The notes under the pieces were generated by a model. The model was not told the DNA's origin. It did not search any database and was given only the letters and a program-made list of their open reading frames with translations. Of a stretch of DNA of 55,557 nucleotides, positions 24,437-33,980 are shown one piece after another. Source of the stretch: an uncultured virus (IMG/VR IMGVR_UViG_3300042888_001173) (Duplodnaviria; Heunggongvirae; Uroviricota; Caudoviricetes); the IMG/VR virus record IMGVR_UViG_3300042888_001173. One strand, given 5' to 3'. Position 1 is the first letter of the stretch. The number at the start of each line of letters is the position of its first letter. The position numbers and the translations under genes are program-made.

Positions 24437-24594
24437 TAGTTGTAGCCTCGTTGAATACCTTTGTCTACACAATCACTACATTCACAGTCCGGGCAATCGC
24501 AGCCGTCTGTCATACAGCTGAATCCGCAGTGTGCGGTACACCAGCAGGTGCATTTGGGTTTTAGTCGTTGATATGTTTCTGTTTCTTCAGTCAT
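24436..24594 (-). CDS. 52-aa Cys-rich metallothionein-like peptide (not in the ORF track)
   Basis: MTEETETYQRLKPKCTCWCTAHCGFSCMTDGCDCPDCECSDCVDKGIQRGYN; 10 Cys; abuts both neighbours. Confidence 0.7.
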   Translation of the reverse strand: MTEETETYQRLKPKCTCWCTAHCGFSCMTDGCDCPDCECSDCVDKGIQRGYN

Positions 24595-24595
24595 A

Positions 24596-25564
24596 TTAGA
24601 ATCCGTTAGTGGCTGAGTTGTAGAACAGTTTACCTGTCCAAGTCGATGTTTTAGCCTGTGTACTAGATGCCCAACTAACTGTCATTGTTCCTGGGCCTGT
24701 TAGGTTACCAAACATAACACGGAAAGGATAATAGATGTTTGCGGTCATTGCAACGGTTCCGCTCACTTCTACAGGACCGTGAAGGCCGCCATTCTGTACA
24801 ATAGCATTGGTATGAGTATATCCAGTGATGGCATTCGGGCCTATCCACATATAACTAGCATCGTCGGTGTTGGTGTAGAATGTATAGGTATCTGTAGTAG
24901 GTGCTAAGAAGTATCCTGTTAGCATAATACTACTATACTCTGGTAGGCTGGATAAGTTTAAACTTGTATAGACACCTTGAGACGTTGCGGCATAGGTGTC
25001 AAAAAATGTTAGATCATCGTTAGCCGGAGTAAAATCAGTACCAAAGTAGCCATTAGCATTCGTTGTGCCGGTTACTGTGCGATGATAAACTCCAGATGTA
25101 AATGTAATAGCTGCAACGTTGATCCACGGACGTCCTTGTAGCAATCCTCCAGTATTAGGATTATCATCTGCGTCAGTGGCATAGGTGTCCGGTAATAGAG
25201 TGATATCAAAAGTGTTGTTCACCCGATAGTAAGGTTTAGTTGTGTCGCCAAATGCTTGCTTTTTTGCCTGAGCAATATATAATTTTCTCAGCTGCCGTTC
25301 TTGTTTACTTTCATTTTGTTGTGGAGTACATAACACAGTATCACCGTCTACCAGCCCCATTGCTGATAACTTTGTAGAACTATCACCAAAGGTAATGCTA
25401 TTTTTGCTAGGATCACTTAAGAGACTCCAGTGATAATAATCTGCTGGTAGTCCTTCGTCTGTGGCAATGGCTGTGATTAGTGTGTCAACGGTGGCAGTGG
25501 CCAATGTTATTCCGGTAACGCTACGTTTTGTTCCGGTTAGTCCCCAATAGTTTATATCGGCCAT
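24596..25564 (-). CDS. PA14-domain protein with a ubiquitin-like N-terminus
   Basis: LTGYFLAP...YTFYTNTDDASYMWIG...NGGLHG...YYPFRVMFG (PA14); beta-grasp-like N-terminus. Confidence 0.75.
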   Translation of the reverse strand: MADINYWGLTGTKRSVTGITLATATVDTLITAIATDEGLPADYYHWSLLSDPSKNSITFGDSSTKLSAMGLVDGDTVLCTPQQNESKQERQLRKLYIAQAKKQAFGDTTKPYYRVNNTFDITLLPDTYATDADDNPNTGGLLQGRPWINVAAITFTSGVYHRTVTGTTNANGYFGTDFTPANDDLTFFDTYAATSQGVYTSLNLSSLPEYSSIMLTGYFLAPTTDTYTFYTNTDDASYMWIGPNAITGYTHTNAIVQNGGLHGPVEVSGTVAMTANIYYPFRVMFGNLTGPGTMTVSWASSTQAKTSTWTGKLFYNSATNGF

Positions 25565-25566
25565 TA

Positions 25567-25797
25567 TTACATACCACCTAGTTGTCTAATACGTGCAATT
25601 TCTTCTTTTGCAGGATCACCTTGCTTTTGCATAAAACCTACGATTTGATCATAGTCAGCCATAGTAACAACACCCTCTTGTGATAATTTGATCACAGCTT
25701 CTGCAACATCATGCAGGTCAGCATCTTGTTTGACATCTTCGCGAGCCAGCTCTAGCAGGCGTATAAACAAGGGTACATCTAATTTAACTATATCCAT
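25567..25797 (-). CDS. Hypothetical phage protein
   Basis: [16 protein letters not shown]...DLH motif; GAGGA RBS. Confidence 0.75.
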   Translation of the reverse strand: MDIVKLDVPLFIRLLELAREDVKQDADLHDVAEAVIKLSQEGVVTMADYDQIVGFMQKQGDPAKEEIARIRQLGGM

Positions 25798-25842
25798 TTC
25801 AAAATCCTCAGTCTAATATTTAGCAGGTTAAATACACTTACT

Positions 25843-27054
25843 ATGATAAACAAAGCTCCCTTTAATGCTCTACTAAAAAATCTTAAAGACACTGGCAAAT
25901 ATCGTGTGTTTAACGATATCATCCGCGAAAAGGGCAAGTTCCCTTCAGCTATGTGGTACGGTCCCTATAATATCAAAACTATCACAAACTGGTGTAGCAA
26001 TGATTATCTAGGTATGGGCCAGCATAAAGTTGTACTAGATGCCATGCATACTGCACTAGATCACACAGGAGCAGGCAGCGGAGGCACTCGCAATATTGCA
26101 GGCACCAGTCACTATCACGTGGCTCTAGAACACGAACTAGCCACCTTGCACAACAAAGCTAAGGCCTTGCTGTTTAGTTCAGCCTATGTGGCCAACGAGT
26201 GGACATTAATTGCTTTAAGCAAGATCATACCCAACATACATTTTGTATCAGACAGTGAGAACCACAACAGCCTAGTCATAGGTATGGTACACAGTCGTGC
26301 TCCAAAGACTGTGTTTCGTCACAACGATCTCAATCACCTAGAAGATATATTAACCAGCATACAGCTCACAGGCAATACACCCTGTATAGTATTTGAATCA
26401 GTTTACTCAATGGATGGCGATGTTGGACACATCAAAGAAATCTGCGATCTAGCAGATCGTTATGGTGCTATAACATATATCGATGAAGTTCATGCGGTAG
26501 GACTCTATGGTCCCCACGGTGGTGGGAAAGTTGAAGAGCTTGGGCTACAATCCCGTATTGACATAGTCAATGGTACATTAGGGAAAGCCTATGGAGTCCA
26601 AGGTGGTTATATAGCTGCCGATGTAGAAGTCATTGACGCCATCCGTTCAGTAGCTGCGGGCTTTATCTTTACCACAAGTATGAGTCCTGTAAGTTGTGCT
26701 GGTGCCCTGGCTGCGGTCAAGTACCTAAAGGATCACAATGAATTGCGTGACAAACATCAAGAACGGGCTCGTAAGCTCAAGCATAGATTATCTGTGGCCG
26801 GTATGCCTGCAATGGAATGTACTACCACTCACATTGTACCTATCCTAGTAGGAGAAGCTGTTCGCTGTAAAGCCATCAGTGATGAACTGCTCAACGAACA
26901 CAACATCTACATACAGCCTATCAACAATCCCACAGTTGCCGTAGGAACGGAGCGGTTGCGTATTGCTCCCACTCCGTTTCACGATGATGGTATGATTGAA
27001 GATCTGATTACGGCGCTGACTGCTTCATTTGCGTGTCACCCGGCGCAAGTCTAA
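25843..27054 (+). CDS. hemA: 5-aminolevulinate synthase (PLP-dependent, Shemin pathway)
   Basis: [54 protein letters not shown]. Confidence 0.93.
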   Translation: MINKAPFNALLKNLKDTGKYRVFNDIIREKGKFPSAMWYGPYNIKTITNWCSNDYLGMGQHKVVLDAMHTALDHTGAGSGGTRNIAGTSHYHVALEHELATLHNKAKALLFSSAYVANEWTLIALSKIIPNIHFVSDSENHNSLVIGMVHSRAPKTVFRHNDLNHLEDILTSIQLTGNTPCIVFESVYSMDGDVGHIKEICDLADRYGAITYIDEVHAVGLYGPHGGGKVEELGLQSRIDIVNGTLGKAYGVQGGYIAADVEVIDAIRSVAAGFIFTTSMSPVSCAGALAAVKYLKDHNELRDKHQERARKLKHRLSVAGMPAMECTTTHIVPILVGEAVRCKAISDELLNEHNIYIQPINNPTVAVGTERLRIAPTPFHDDGMIEDLITALTASFACHPAQV

Positions 27055-27391
27055 AACGATCTTCTGCATAGTCTCCAGTACCAACTTCAAATATCACACT
27101 GTTGGCCACTAGAGATTCTACTTGATGTGGTCCTAGCTGCCCAAAGTCAGCAGTCTGTCCTTCTTCTAGCACAGCTTCTTTTACTTCTCCGGTGGCAACA
27201 TCGATAAATTTAACTTTGAACTTGCCTGCATTCACAAACCAACTCTTGGCTTTTTCTTTGTGAAACACCAAACTGGTCTTGGCCCCTGCACGTTCAAATA
27301 CCAATAGTTTGCCGCAGTATTTGTCGTTGTTGGCAAACACCAATTCAAATCCCCAACCCTTGTCTATTTTACCCAATGTCTGTAAGTTCAT
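27008..27391 (-). CDS. Cupin-domain protein
   Basis: KGWGFE...YCGK...H..K...H...FEV. Confidence 0.75.
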   Translation of the reverse strand: MNLQTLGKIDKGWGFELVFANNDKYCGKLLVFERAGAKTSLVFHKEKAKSWFVNAGKFKVKFIDVATGEVKEAVLEEGQTADFGQLGPHQVESLVANSVIFEVGTGDYAEDRFRLAPGDTQMKQSAP

Positions 27392-27975
27392 TATCTCTCC
27401 GTTATAATTTTGTCGATGAGTCCGTAGGCCAATGCTTCATCAGCACTCATAAATTTGTCTCGTTCCATATCAGCAGTCATCTGTGCAAAAGTTTTGCCCT
27501 GGCTGTTGTGTTTGACATAGATTTCAGTCAATGTCTTTTTCATTTTAATAATCTCTTCAACTTGAATCTGCATATCTGTGGCCTGTCCGCGAGCACCGCC
27601 ACTGGGTTGATGAATCATGTGTCGAGCATTGGGCAACATAAAACGTTTGCCTTTGGCTCCGGCAGTGGCCAACAATGATCCCATTGAACAGGCCTGTCCC
27701 ATAACATAGGTTGATACATCGGGTTTGATAAATTGCATGGTGTCATAGATGCTCATACCCGATGTGACAACTCCACCGGGACTGTTGATAAACAGGCTGA
27801 TGTCTTTGTCTGGATTTTCACTTTCTAGAAATAGTAATTGGGCTACAATAACATTGGCCATTTGATCCTCTACAGGACCATTCAGCATGATAATTCTTTC
27901 TTTGAGCAGTCGGCTGTAAATGTCGTAGGCTCGTTCGCCTTTACTAGATGATTCAATTACCATTGGTACTAACAT
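27391..27975 (-). CDS. clpP: ATP-dependent Clp protease proteolytic subunit
   Basis: [35 protein letters not shown]. Confidence 0.97.
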   Translation of the reverse strand: MLVPMVIESSSKGERAYDIYSRLLKERIIMLNGPVEDQMANVIVAQLLFLESENPDKDISLFINSPGGVVTSGMSIYDTMQFIKPDVSTYVMGQACSMGSLLATAGAKGKRFMLPNARHMIHQPSGGARGQATDMQIQVEEIIKMKKTLTEIYVKHNSQGKTFAQMTADMERDKFMSADEALAYGLIDKIITER

Positions 27976-28027
27976 TCGCTAATCCTTTTATAAATTTGTT
28001 GTATCATATATTTTATACAAATTTGTC

Positions 28028-28056
28028 TTGCTTTGCAAGTAATCTGAGTGTATAAT
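28028..28056 (+). promoter_or_regulatory. sigma70 promoter
   Basis: TTGCTT, 17 bp, TATAAT. Confidence 0.65.
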
Positions 28057-28103
28057 GATGCTATATGTTAAATACTTGTCCGATAGATGATTAGTAAATC
28101 AAA

Positions 28104-28619
28104 ATGAGCAGTACACTTTTATTAAACGCAGATATGCAACCCGTGAGCCTACTTCCACTGAGTGTGGTCGAATGGCAGGAAGCCATCAGATATATGGTCC
28201 TAGACAAGGTCAAGGTGCTTGAATGGCACGAAGATTGGATAGTACACAGTGCTAGATGGCAGACTCGTGTGCCTGCGGTGATCATGTTGAATCAATATCA
28301 AAAACCCAAGCACACTATGAGATTAAGCAAACGCAACATATTTCTGCGTGATGCCTACACCTGCCAATATTGTGGCATCGCAGTCACAGAAGTCACTGCC
28401 ACGTTGGATCACGTACTGCCTGTGAGCAAAGGTGGCAAGACCACTTGGGAAAACTCCGCCACTGCCTGCAAGAGCTGCAACTACAAGAAAGCAGCTCACG
28501 TGGGCAAGATGAAGCCAAAGATCACACCCTACAAGCCTACATTTTGGGATCTAGTGGCTAAACGCCGAGATAGAGGCTATCATTTTCATCACCCCAGCTG
28601 GTCCAACTATTTAGGCTAA
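28104..28619 (+). CDS. HNH endonuclease
   Basis: RD.YTCQYCG, TLDHVLPVSKGG, W.N...ACKSCN.KK. Confidence 0.92.
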   Translation: MSSTLLLNADMQPVSLLPLSVVEWQEAIRYMVLDKVKVLEWHEDWIVHSARWQTRVPAVIMLNQYQKPKHTMRLSKRNIFLRDAYTCQYCGIAVTEVTATLDHVLPVSKGGKTTWENSATACKSCNYKKAAHVGKMKPKITPYKPTFWDLVAKRRDRGYHFHHPSWSNYLG

Positions 28620-28627
28620 ATATTACT

Positions 28628-30145
28628 ATGAGATTTTTTGAATTCCTATTAGTTGAAGCCCAAGGCGGAATGTGGGACCGCATGTTAGAGAAAAAATCTG
28701 GTGCAAATATCCAGTTTCTCAACGGTAATCAAACCTACGAACTTGTTGATGTTGCAGTGTTCCCGCAAGATCAACGATTAAAATACGAACCTGATCCAGA
28801 AAACCCAGAAACTCCAGCCACTGACTCTATGAAGTTAGATATAGATCAATACCTTCAAGAACAAGGAGCGGCTGTACAAAAATACATAGGGGCCAAGAAC
28901 AACTCCGGTGCTGCAATGGTGGTAATTATTGGTGATCAGAATAAGAAAATAGCATTTGTTAAATTTGTCAAAGAAAAGAAATCAGTTCATCCTCCAATAT
29001 ATTGGCAGACCAGCGTGTTTACTCAAGATACAGGATGGAGTCAGACTGGCAAGGGCAAGTCGGCTACAGCCAAGGCCGCTGAAGTAAAAATCAGTCCGTA
29101 TGATTTTGTTAGACCTGGACGATATCAGATAACAGCTCTCCCTGGACTAATCGCTCAAAATCTAAATGCTCGCCCGGATACCTATCCGCAAAATCTCAAA
29201 GTAGGATTGCCTGCTCTCATAGACGATTTAATCAACAACACAGGGCCTGTGCCTAATCTAGAACAATATGCTGATCAAGTTGAAGTGGTATTTGGTGAGT
29301 CAGCCGCGCCCATAGCGTTGGCCTTAAACAAACGAGTCAGCGGATCGTATAGTGATGCTGAACAGAATCTACTGGGTCCATTAGGACTAACTTGGGGTGA
29401 TTTTACCGAAGTTTCTTTTGGAGCTTTTGGCGAGAAGATTGGTGATTCTTTTTTGTATGCCGGTGACACCAAAATAATTATCAGCAGCAAGAATAAAACA
29501 GGTGGAGCACCGGCCAGCCTTACTGGTGCCATGGAAACCATAGACAAGTATCCGGAAGAGTTTGGTCCAGGCACCAAGTTTTATAAAAAATATTCGCCAA
29601 TATTATCTACCTTTGAAGTGCTGCATAAAAATCAAGCAATTCCCGGAGTATTGGCTGCATGTGTACTGCAACAGATTATCACTGAAGAAGAAAAAGATTT
29701 TATTGTCAGCATCTATGGCAAAGGCACAGGCACTGAACAAGACCTACAAAACTATCCTAATTTGCCAACTGTCTACAAGGCCAAGGCATTTTTAGGAGCA
29801 CCTATCACAAACAAAGCAGGCAAGTCGGTGATTTCAAACATAGGTGTAGATCTCAGCAATGCCAAATTTCAAATGGGCTACCATTTGTTAGGCAATTGCG
29901 CTAAACTGTTAAAATTTAAACTCAATGAAAATTCATCGCTGATGACTGATTTTTTCAAGGCTGTTCTCAACAAGTCGCAAATGGTACAGGTCTATACTGA
30001 CACTGAACGATCTTCAAAGGGTATCAAGTTTAACGATTTCAATGTGGTATGGCCTCCCACATTTGCTGGCAAAATAGCTATCGAGTCAGATCATTACACA
30101 TCTAACGCTAAACCCTCCAAAAAAATTAGTTTTGTGTTCAAATAA
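28628..30145 (+). CDS. Large hypothetical protein (MRFFEF N-terminus) with a possible divergent PD-(D/E)XK core
   Basis: FGE...IGDSFL...IISSK...GAPAS; TAAATA upstream. Confidence 0.5.
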   Translation: MRFFEFLLVEAQGGMWDRMLEKKSGANIQFLNGNQTYELVDVAVFPQDQRLKYEPDPENPETPATDSMKLDIDQYLQEQGAAVQKYIGAKNNSGAAMVVIIGDQNKKIAFVKFVKEKKSVHPPIYWQTSVFTQDTGWSQTGKGKSATAKAAEVKISPYDFVRPGRYQITALPGLIAQNLNARPDTYPQNLKVGLPALIDDLINNTGPVPNLEQYADQVEVVFGESAAPIALALNKRVSGSYSDAEQNLLGPLGLTWGDFTEVSFGAFGEKIGDSFLYAGDTKIIISSKNKTGGAPASLTGAMETIDKYPEEFGPGTKFYKKYSPILSTFEVLHKNQAIPGVLAACVLQQIITEEEKDFIVSIYGKGTGTEQDLQNYPNLPTVYKAKAFLGAPITNKAGKSVISNIGVDLSNAKFQMGYHLLGNCAKLLKFKLNENSSLMTDFFKAVLNKSQMVQVYTDTERSSKGIKFNDFNVVWPPTFAGKIAIESDHYTSNAKPSKKISFVFK

Positions 30146-30175
30146 CCACAATCCAATCATCCACTCACAAACTGG

Positions 30176-30204
30176 TTGACAACCAACCCCTAATGTAGTA
30201 TACT
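30176..30204 (+). promoter_or_regulatory. sigma70 promoter for the DNA ligase operon
   Basis: TTGACA, 17 bp, TATACT. Confidence 0.8.
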
Positions 30205-30228
30205 AGTAGCATAGTAAACGATTAGGAG

Positions 30229-31548
30229 TTGATTTTGCGAACACAACCAGAATTCATTATTCGGCAATTGGAAATCCACAATAGCCGTATTAATAAAGAA
30301 CAGATACTCGAAGCTGCCGTTGAAGAAGGTCTAGACGAATTCTTCGAAGGACTTAGAATGTGTTTGGATAACTTGTACACCTTTGGTGTTAAACAGGTTC
30401 CCACAAAAGATAAAGCTGAAGGACAAGGTCTTAGCTGGACTAACTTTGTTGAGCTCGCGGACAGTCTTTATCGCCGTAAACTTACAGGGCACGATGCCCG
30501 TGATGCTATTCAACTGGCCATGGATGTGGCTACGCAAGGGCAGTGGAACGATTGGTATCGTCGTATACTGATCAAGGATTTGCGCTGTGGTGTCAGCGAG
30601 AAAACAGTCAACAAGGTACTCAAGGGCAAAACTATTGCATCTGTACCTGTGTTTGAATGTATGCTGGCACACGACGGTGCCAATCACGAAAAGAAGATCA
30701 CAGGTAAGAAACTGCTTGAGCCTAAGTTGGATGGTGTTCGTGCTATCACTGTAGTAGACTACGAATCCAAAACTGTTACCATGTACACACGCAATGGTAA
30801 AGTTCTTGAAAACTTTGCACACATCACTAGTTACCTAGAAGGCTATATCGAAGAGATTGGTCGCAGTATGGTATTTGACGGTGAAGTTGTTAGTCATTCA
30901 TTCCAGGACCTCATGAAACAGGTTCATCGTAAGAGTAATGTGCAGGCACAGGATGCTCGTTTATGTTTGTTCGATGCTGTTCCACTTGTAGAGTTTAAAG
31001 CTGGCAAGAGTGTGATGGGACAACGTCGACGTTCCAATCTACTAAAGAATTGGGCTAACATCTTTGCAGACAGCGGGTGCGTTGAGATCATTCCGCAGAT
31101 TGAAGTCAACCTAGATGAGTTTGTAGGTGACATTGAATATCGAGACTACAACAAGAAAATGGTTGCTGAAGGTTTCGAAGGCATTATGATTAAGGATCCA
31201 GAGGCCAAATATGAATGTAAAAGATCTGTTTCGTGGCTTAAACAAAAACCCTTTATCGAAGTTAGCCTTTCGATCACATCCGTGGAAGAAGGTACCGGAA
31301 GAAATGTTGGACGCCTTGGTGCTTTGGTCTGCGAGGGCGTCGATGATGATAAGACAATTTGCGTCAATGTGGGCAGTGGTTTTAGTGACGGGGATCGTGA
31401 TTCTTATTGGCAAGAACGTGATACAGTGGTTGGACAGGTAGTGGAAGTACGTGCCGATGCTGTTACACAGAATCAAGACGGAACCTACAGTCTACGCTTT
31501 CCACGCTTCCTACGATTCCGTGGCTTTAAAGCTGGAGAAAAAATCTAA
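30229..31548 (+). CDS. ATP-dependent DNA ligase
   Basis: KLDGVR, FDGEV, EGIMIK, WLKQK, VGSGFSD, SLRFPRF. Confidence 0.96.
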   Translation: MILRTQPEFIIRQLEIHNSRINKEQILEAAVEEGLDEFFEGLRMCLDNLYTFGVKQVPTKDKAEGQGLSWTNFVELADSLYRRKLTGHDARDAIQLAMDVATQGQWNDWYRRILIKDLRCGVSEKTVNKVLKGKTIASVPVFECMLAHDGANHEKKITGKKLLEPKLDGVRAITVVDYESKTVTMYTRNGKVLENFAHITSYLEGYIEEIGRSMVFDGEVVSHSFQDLMKQVHRKSNVQAQDARLCLFDAVPLVEFKAGKSVMGQRRRSNLLKNWANIFADSGCVEIIPQIEVNLDEFVGDIEYRDYNKKMVAEGFEGIMIKDPEAKYECKRSVSWLKQKPFIEVSLSITSVEEGTGRNVGRLGALVCEGVDDDKTICVNVGSGFSDGDRDSYWQERDTVVGQVVEVRADAVTQNQDGTYSLRFPRFLRFRGFKAGEKI

Positions 31549-31814
31549 TGAAAGAACAAATTGGATTTATCCGTTGGTGGTTCTCAAAGTTGGAAATATG
31601 GCAATGGATCTTGTTGGCTAGCCTAGTTTTTAATGTAGGCAGTCTGTTCGCTATAGGCACAGAAATATCGTCTGGTATGAATTTAGTTGGAATGATTCTA
31701 CTGCTGATAGTATTTTTTAAATGGTTTGTTTTGGATTCTTTAAAGACCAGTTGGACTCGTTATAAAGAACAGCGAAATACTTTACTAACCACTATCAAAG
31801 ACAGCGACAAATAA
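31548..31814 (+). CDS. Two-TM membrane protein
   Basis: Two hydrophobic helices; TAATG coupling. Confidence 0.75.
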   Translation: MKEQIGFIRWWFSKLEIWQWILLASLVFNVGSLFAIGTEISSGMNLVGMILLLIVFFKWFVLDSLKTSWTRYKEQRNTLLTTIKDSDK

Positions 31815-31815
31815 A

Positions 31816-32067
31816 ATGGCATACGATTTCACAGAATTAAACAAAGTGGTTGCCAATTGGACCACTGACGATACCACAAGATTCAGACTTCCTAAATCTA
31901 AACCAAACAATATTATTCTGAACAACAAGGGAGTTGAGATGCTTCGTGTTGCTGAAGATGGATTCTATGTTCGCGGCACAAAGGTTCCTGTAGATGACAA
32001 GGAAGCTGCCACAGTTTATACAGCCTTTAAAGAGTTCCTTGTTTGGAGCAGATTGAGCAGAGAATGA
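31816..32067 (+). CDS. Hypothetical protein
   Basis: 83-aa ORF. Confidence 0.7.
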   Translation: MAYDFTELNKVVANWTTDDTTRFRLPKSKPNNIILNNKGVEMLRVAEDGFYVRGTKVPVDDKEAATVYTAFKEFLVWSRLSRE

Positions 32068-32342
32068 AACCACTATTACTTGTTCTACTATTATCTGGCT
32101 GTGCAACTGCACAGCACAACAGTGCTAGTCCAAATCACCCAATTCAACCACTTCAGGTTGATTGTAGATATGGAAACATGATGTCAGCAGATCTAGAAAC
32201 AATAATTTCTAATCCGCAAATTGAAAATCCCACTTGGCAGGGGACCTTTGCTACGATATCTGGTAACCAAACTGCCATACAACGAACACAATCAGCAAAG
32301 GTAGTCTTATGGACAATAAGAACACAATGTCAAGGCTTCTAA
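32064..32342 (+). CDS. Lipoprotein (start ATG 32064)
   Basis: MKPLLLVLLLSGC lipobox. Confidence 0.75.
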   Translation: MKPLLLVLLLSGCATAQHNSASPNHPIQPLQVDCRYGNMMSADLETIISNPQIENPTWQGTFATISGNQTAIQRTQSAKVVLWTIRTQCQGF

Positions 32343-32893
32343 TTGGTTTGGTGTTGCTGTCAGCCGCAACTGCGCAGGCAGAGTGTTATACTCGCTCGTC
32401 TACCGTGAGCAAACTGACTTCATCAATTGAACAGATTGCAGATGTAGAACGAAAGGTGTTACCAGAAGGCAACGGTAAGAACTTGTGCCGAATTACATTT
32501 CGAGCCTATATCAATAACAAATGGCATACTGCTCAAGGTGAGGAAATTGGCAGTGTCAATGACAGTTTGGATACTATCTGTGCCAAGGCGTTGAATTCCG
32601 GGCGTGTGAGTATTTTGGAATCTGTAAGTGGTACTAAAATTACCGGCAGTCAAGAATTGATTTGCACAGATGAACCCAAACCTAAACACAAGGCCACAGT
32701 ATCTGTAGGTGATTTGATTTGGGAAAGTGAAGTTCAAGTGCATCCTGCCTACAAAGATATATTTAGATACAGAGGCAGTTTCTGTAAATGGTTTATTGAA
32801 TCCAAACCCGATATTGGAAAAGTTGATATGCAACAAGGAATTATTTGTCGAAGTCCCGATCAAAAGGTTTGGCGAGTGGTTGACAAGTGGTAA
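32327..32893 (+). CDS. Secreted/periplasmic Cys-containing protein (start ATG 32327)
   Basis: Signal peptide MSRLLIGLVLLSAATAQA; six Cys. Confidence 0.7.
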   Translation: MSRLLIGLVLLSAATAQAECYTRSSTVSKLTSSIEQIADVERKVLPEGNGKNLCRITFRAYINNKWHTAQGEEIGSVNDSLDTICAKALNSGRVSILESVSGTKITGSQELICTDEPKPKHKATVSVGDLIWESEVQVHPAYKDIFRYRGSFCKWFIESKPDIGKVDMQQGIICRSPDQKVWRVVDKW

Positions 32894-32910
32894 TTTTCAC
32901 AGTATAATAT
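32880..32910 (+). promoter_or_regulatory. sigma70 promoter
   Basis: TTGACA at 32880; TATATAAT at 32903-32910. Confidence 0.65.
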
Positions 32911-32935
32911 ATACTTCACACACAGAAAGGTAGAT

Positions 32936-33064
32936 ATGAGAAACTTTATTATAGGCACAGTCTTTGGACTTATCCTAGCAACTGTTGGATTCTCCGGCAT
33001 TGCTCGGATGTTGGACAATGGAGTAGACACAGTTAAAACACACAGTAAGGAGATGGCAAAATGA
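32936..33064 (+). CDS. 42-aa single-TM protein (not in the ORF track)
   Basis: AAAGG RBS; MRNFIIGTVFGLILATVGFSGIARMLDNG... Confidence 0.7.
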   Translation: MRNFIIGTVFGLILATVGFSGIARMLDNGVDTVKTHSKEMAK

Positions 33065-33189
33065 AAACAGTAATTTTAAGTTTAGTACTAATGACACTTA
33101 CTGCTTGTGGTACAATTGGTGGCGCTGTTTCGGGGGCAGGTGAAGATTTAAACAAGGCTGGCAATTACATTAAGAAAGTAGGAATCTAA
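33061..33189 (+). CDS. Entericidin (EcnA/B)-like small lipoprotein (not in the ORF track)
   Basis: MKTVILSLVLMTLTAC-GTIGGAVSGAGEDLNKAG; AAGGAG RBS. Confidence 0.7.
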   Translation: MKTVILSLVLMTLTACGTIGGAVSGAGEDLNKAGNYIKKVGI

Positions 33190-33190
33190 G

Positions 33191-33964
33191 ATGAAAAAGA
33201 CACTAATAACATTATGCGTGTTGGCGGTACTGAGCGGTTGTAGTAGTACAAAACTTTCGCCTAATTCTCCTATTGCTAGTCCTACTCCAGCAGTAACTAA
33301 AGATCAAACTGTACCTGCGCAAGGTAGAGCAGAAGCACCGTTGACTATTGATCTACCTAGTTGGTATGTCAAGGCTCCGGCAAGTACAGAAGAATATGTA
33401 TTTGTCACAGGCACAGCAGTTAGTTCAGACTTGTCAATGAGTCGAGCTAAGGCCATGCTCGATGCGCAACATCAATTAGCAGACAAGATCAACGGAGTTA
33501 TTGATTCTGTGTTCCGTCAAAGTCGAAAGGACAGTGCTGGTACAGTGACCAACGACTACTCAAGTCTCATGATCCGCAAGACTATTACCGATACAGCATT
33601 GACTGGTCATCATTTAGAGGACAGCCGGGTTATATCCGAGAATCGTGCGTATCGTACATTTGTATTAATTCGCTATCCAATGGGCGATACTAATCGTTTG
33701 CTCAAAGACAAACTGCAACGTGAAACAATAAAGCAGGATAGTGACGAGGCAATTGATCGTGAGATTAATAAAAATACTAAAAAGCAGGTATCTGAGACAC
33801 AGATTACACCTGTGGTATTGCCACAGATTACACCTGTGGCAGTTAGCAGGGTTCAACCACAGGATTTAAATCTGTTGCAGGTCGACAACGAAGAATATAA
33901 AAAGCGTCGAGACGAAGCACTACAGAAGCCAGGTGCTGTTGTAGGTAATATTACACTGCGTTGA
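33191..33964 (+). CDS. LPP20-like lipoprotein
   Basis: LSGC lipobox; P.WY...GTAVS.DL..S..KA..DA...LA pattern. Confidence 0.7.
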   Translation: MKKTLITLCVLAVLSGCSSTKLSPNSPIASPTPAVTKDQTVPAQGRAEAPLTIDLPSWYVKAPASTEEYVFVTGTAVSSDLSMSRAKAMLDAQHQLADKINGVIDSVFRQSRKDSAGTVTNDYSSLMIRKTITDTALTGHHLEDSRVISENRAYRTFVLIRYPMGDTNRLLKDKLQRETIKQDSDEAIDREINKNTKKQVSETQITPVVLPQITPVAVSRVQPQDLNLLQVDNEEYKKRRDEALQKPGAVVGNITLR

Positions 33965-33980
33965 TTGTTAGGTATTAAAA

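Noticed and set aside
33798..33839. 18-bp direct repeat with 24-bp period in the lipoprotein gene
   Set aside because: It is a small in-frame linker duplication (QITPV twice) with no sign of wider significance
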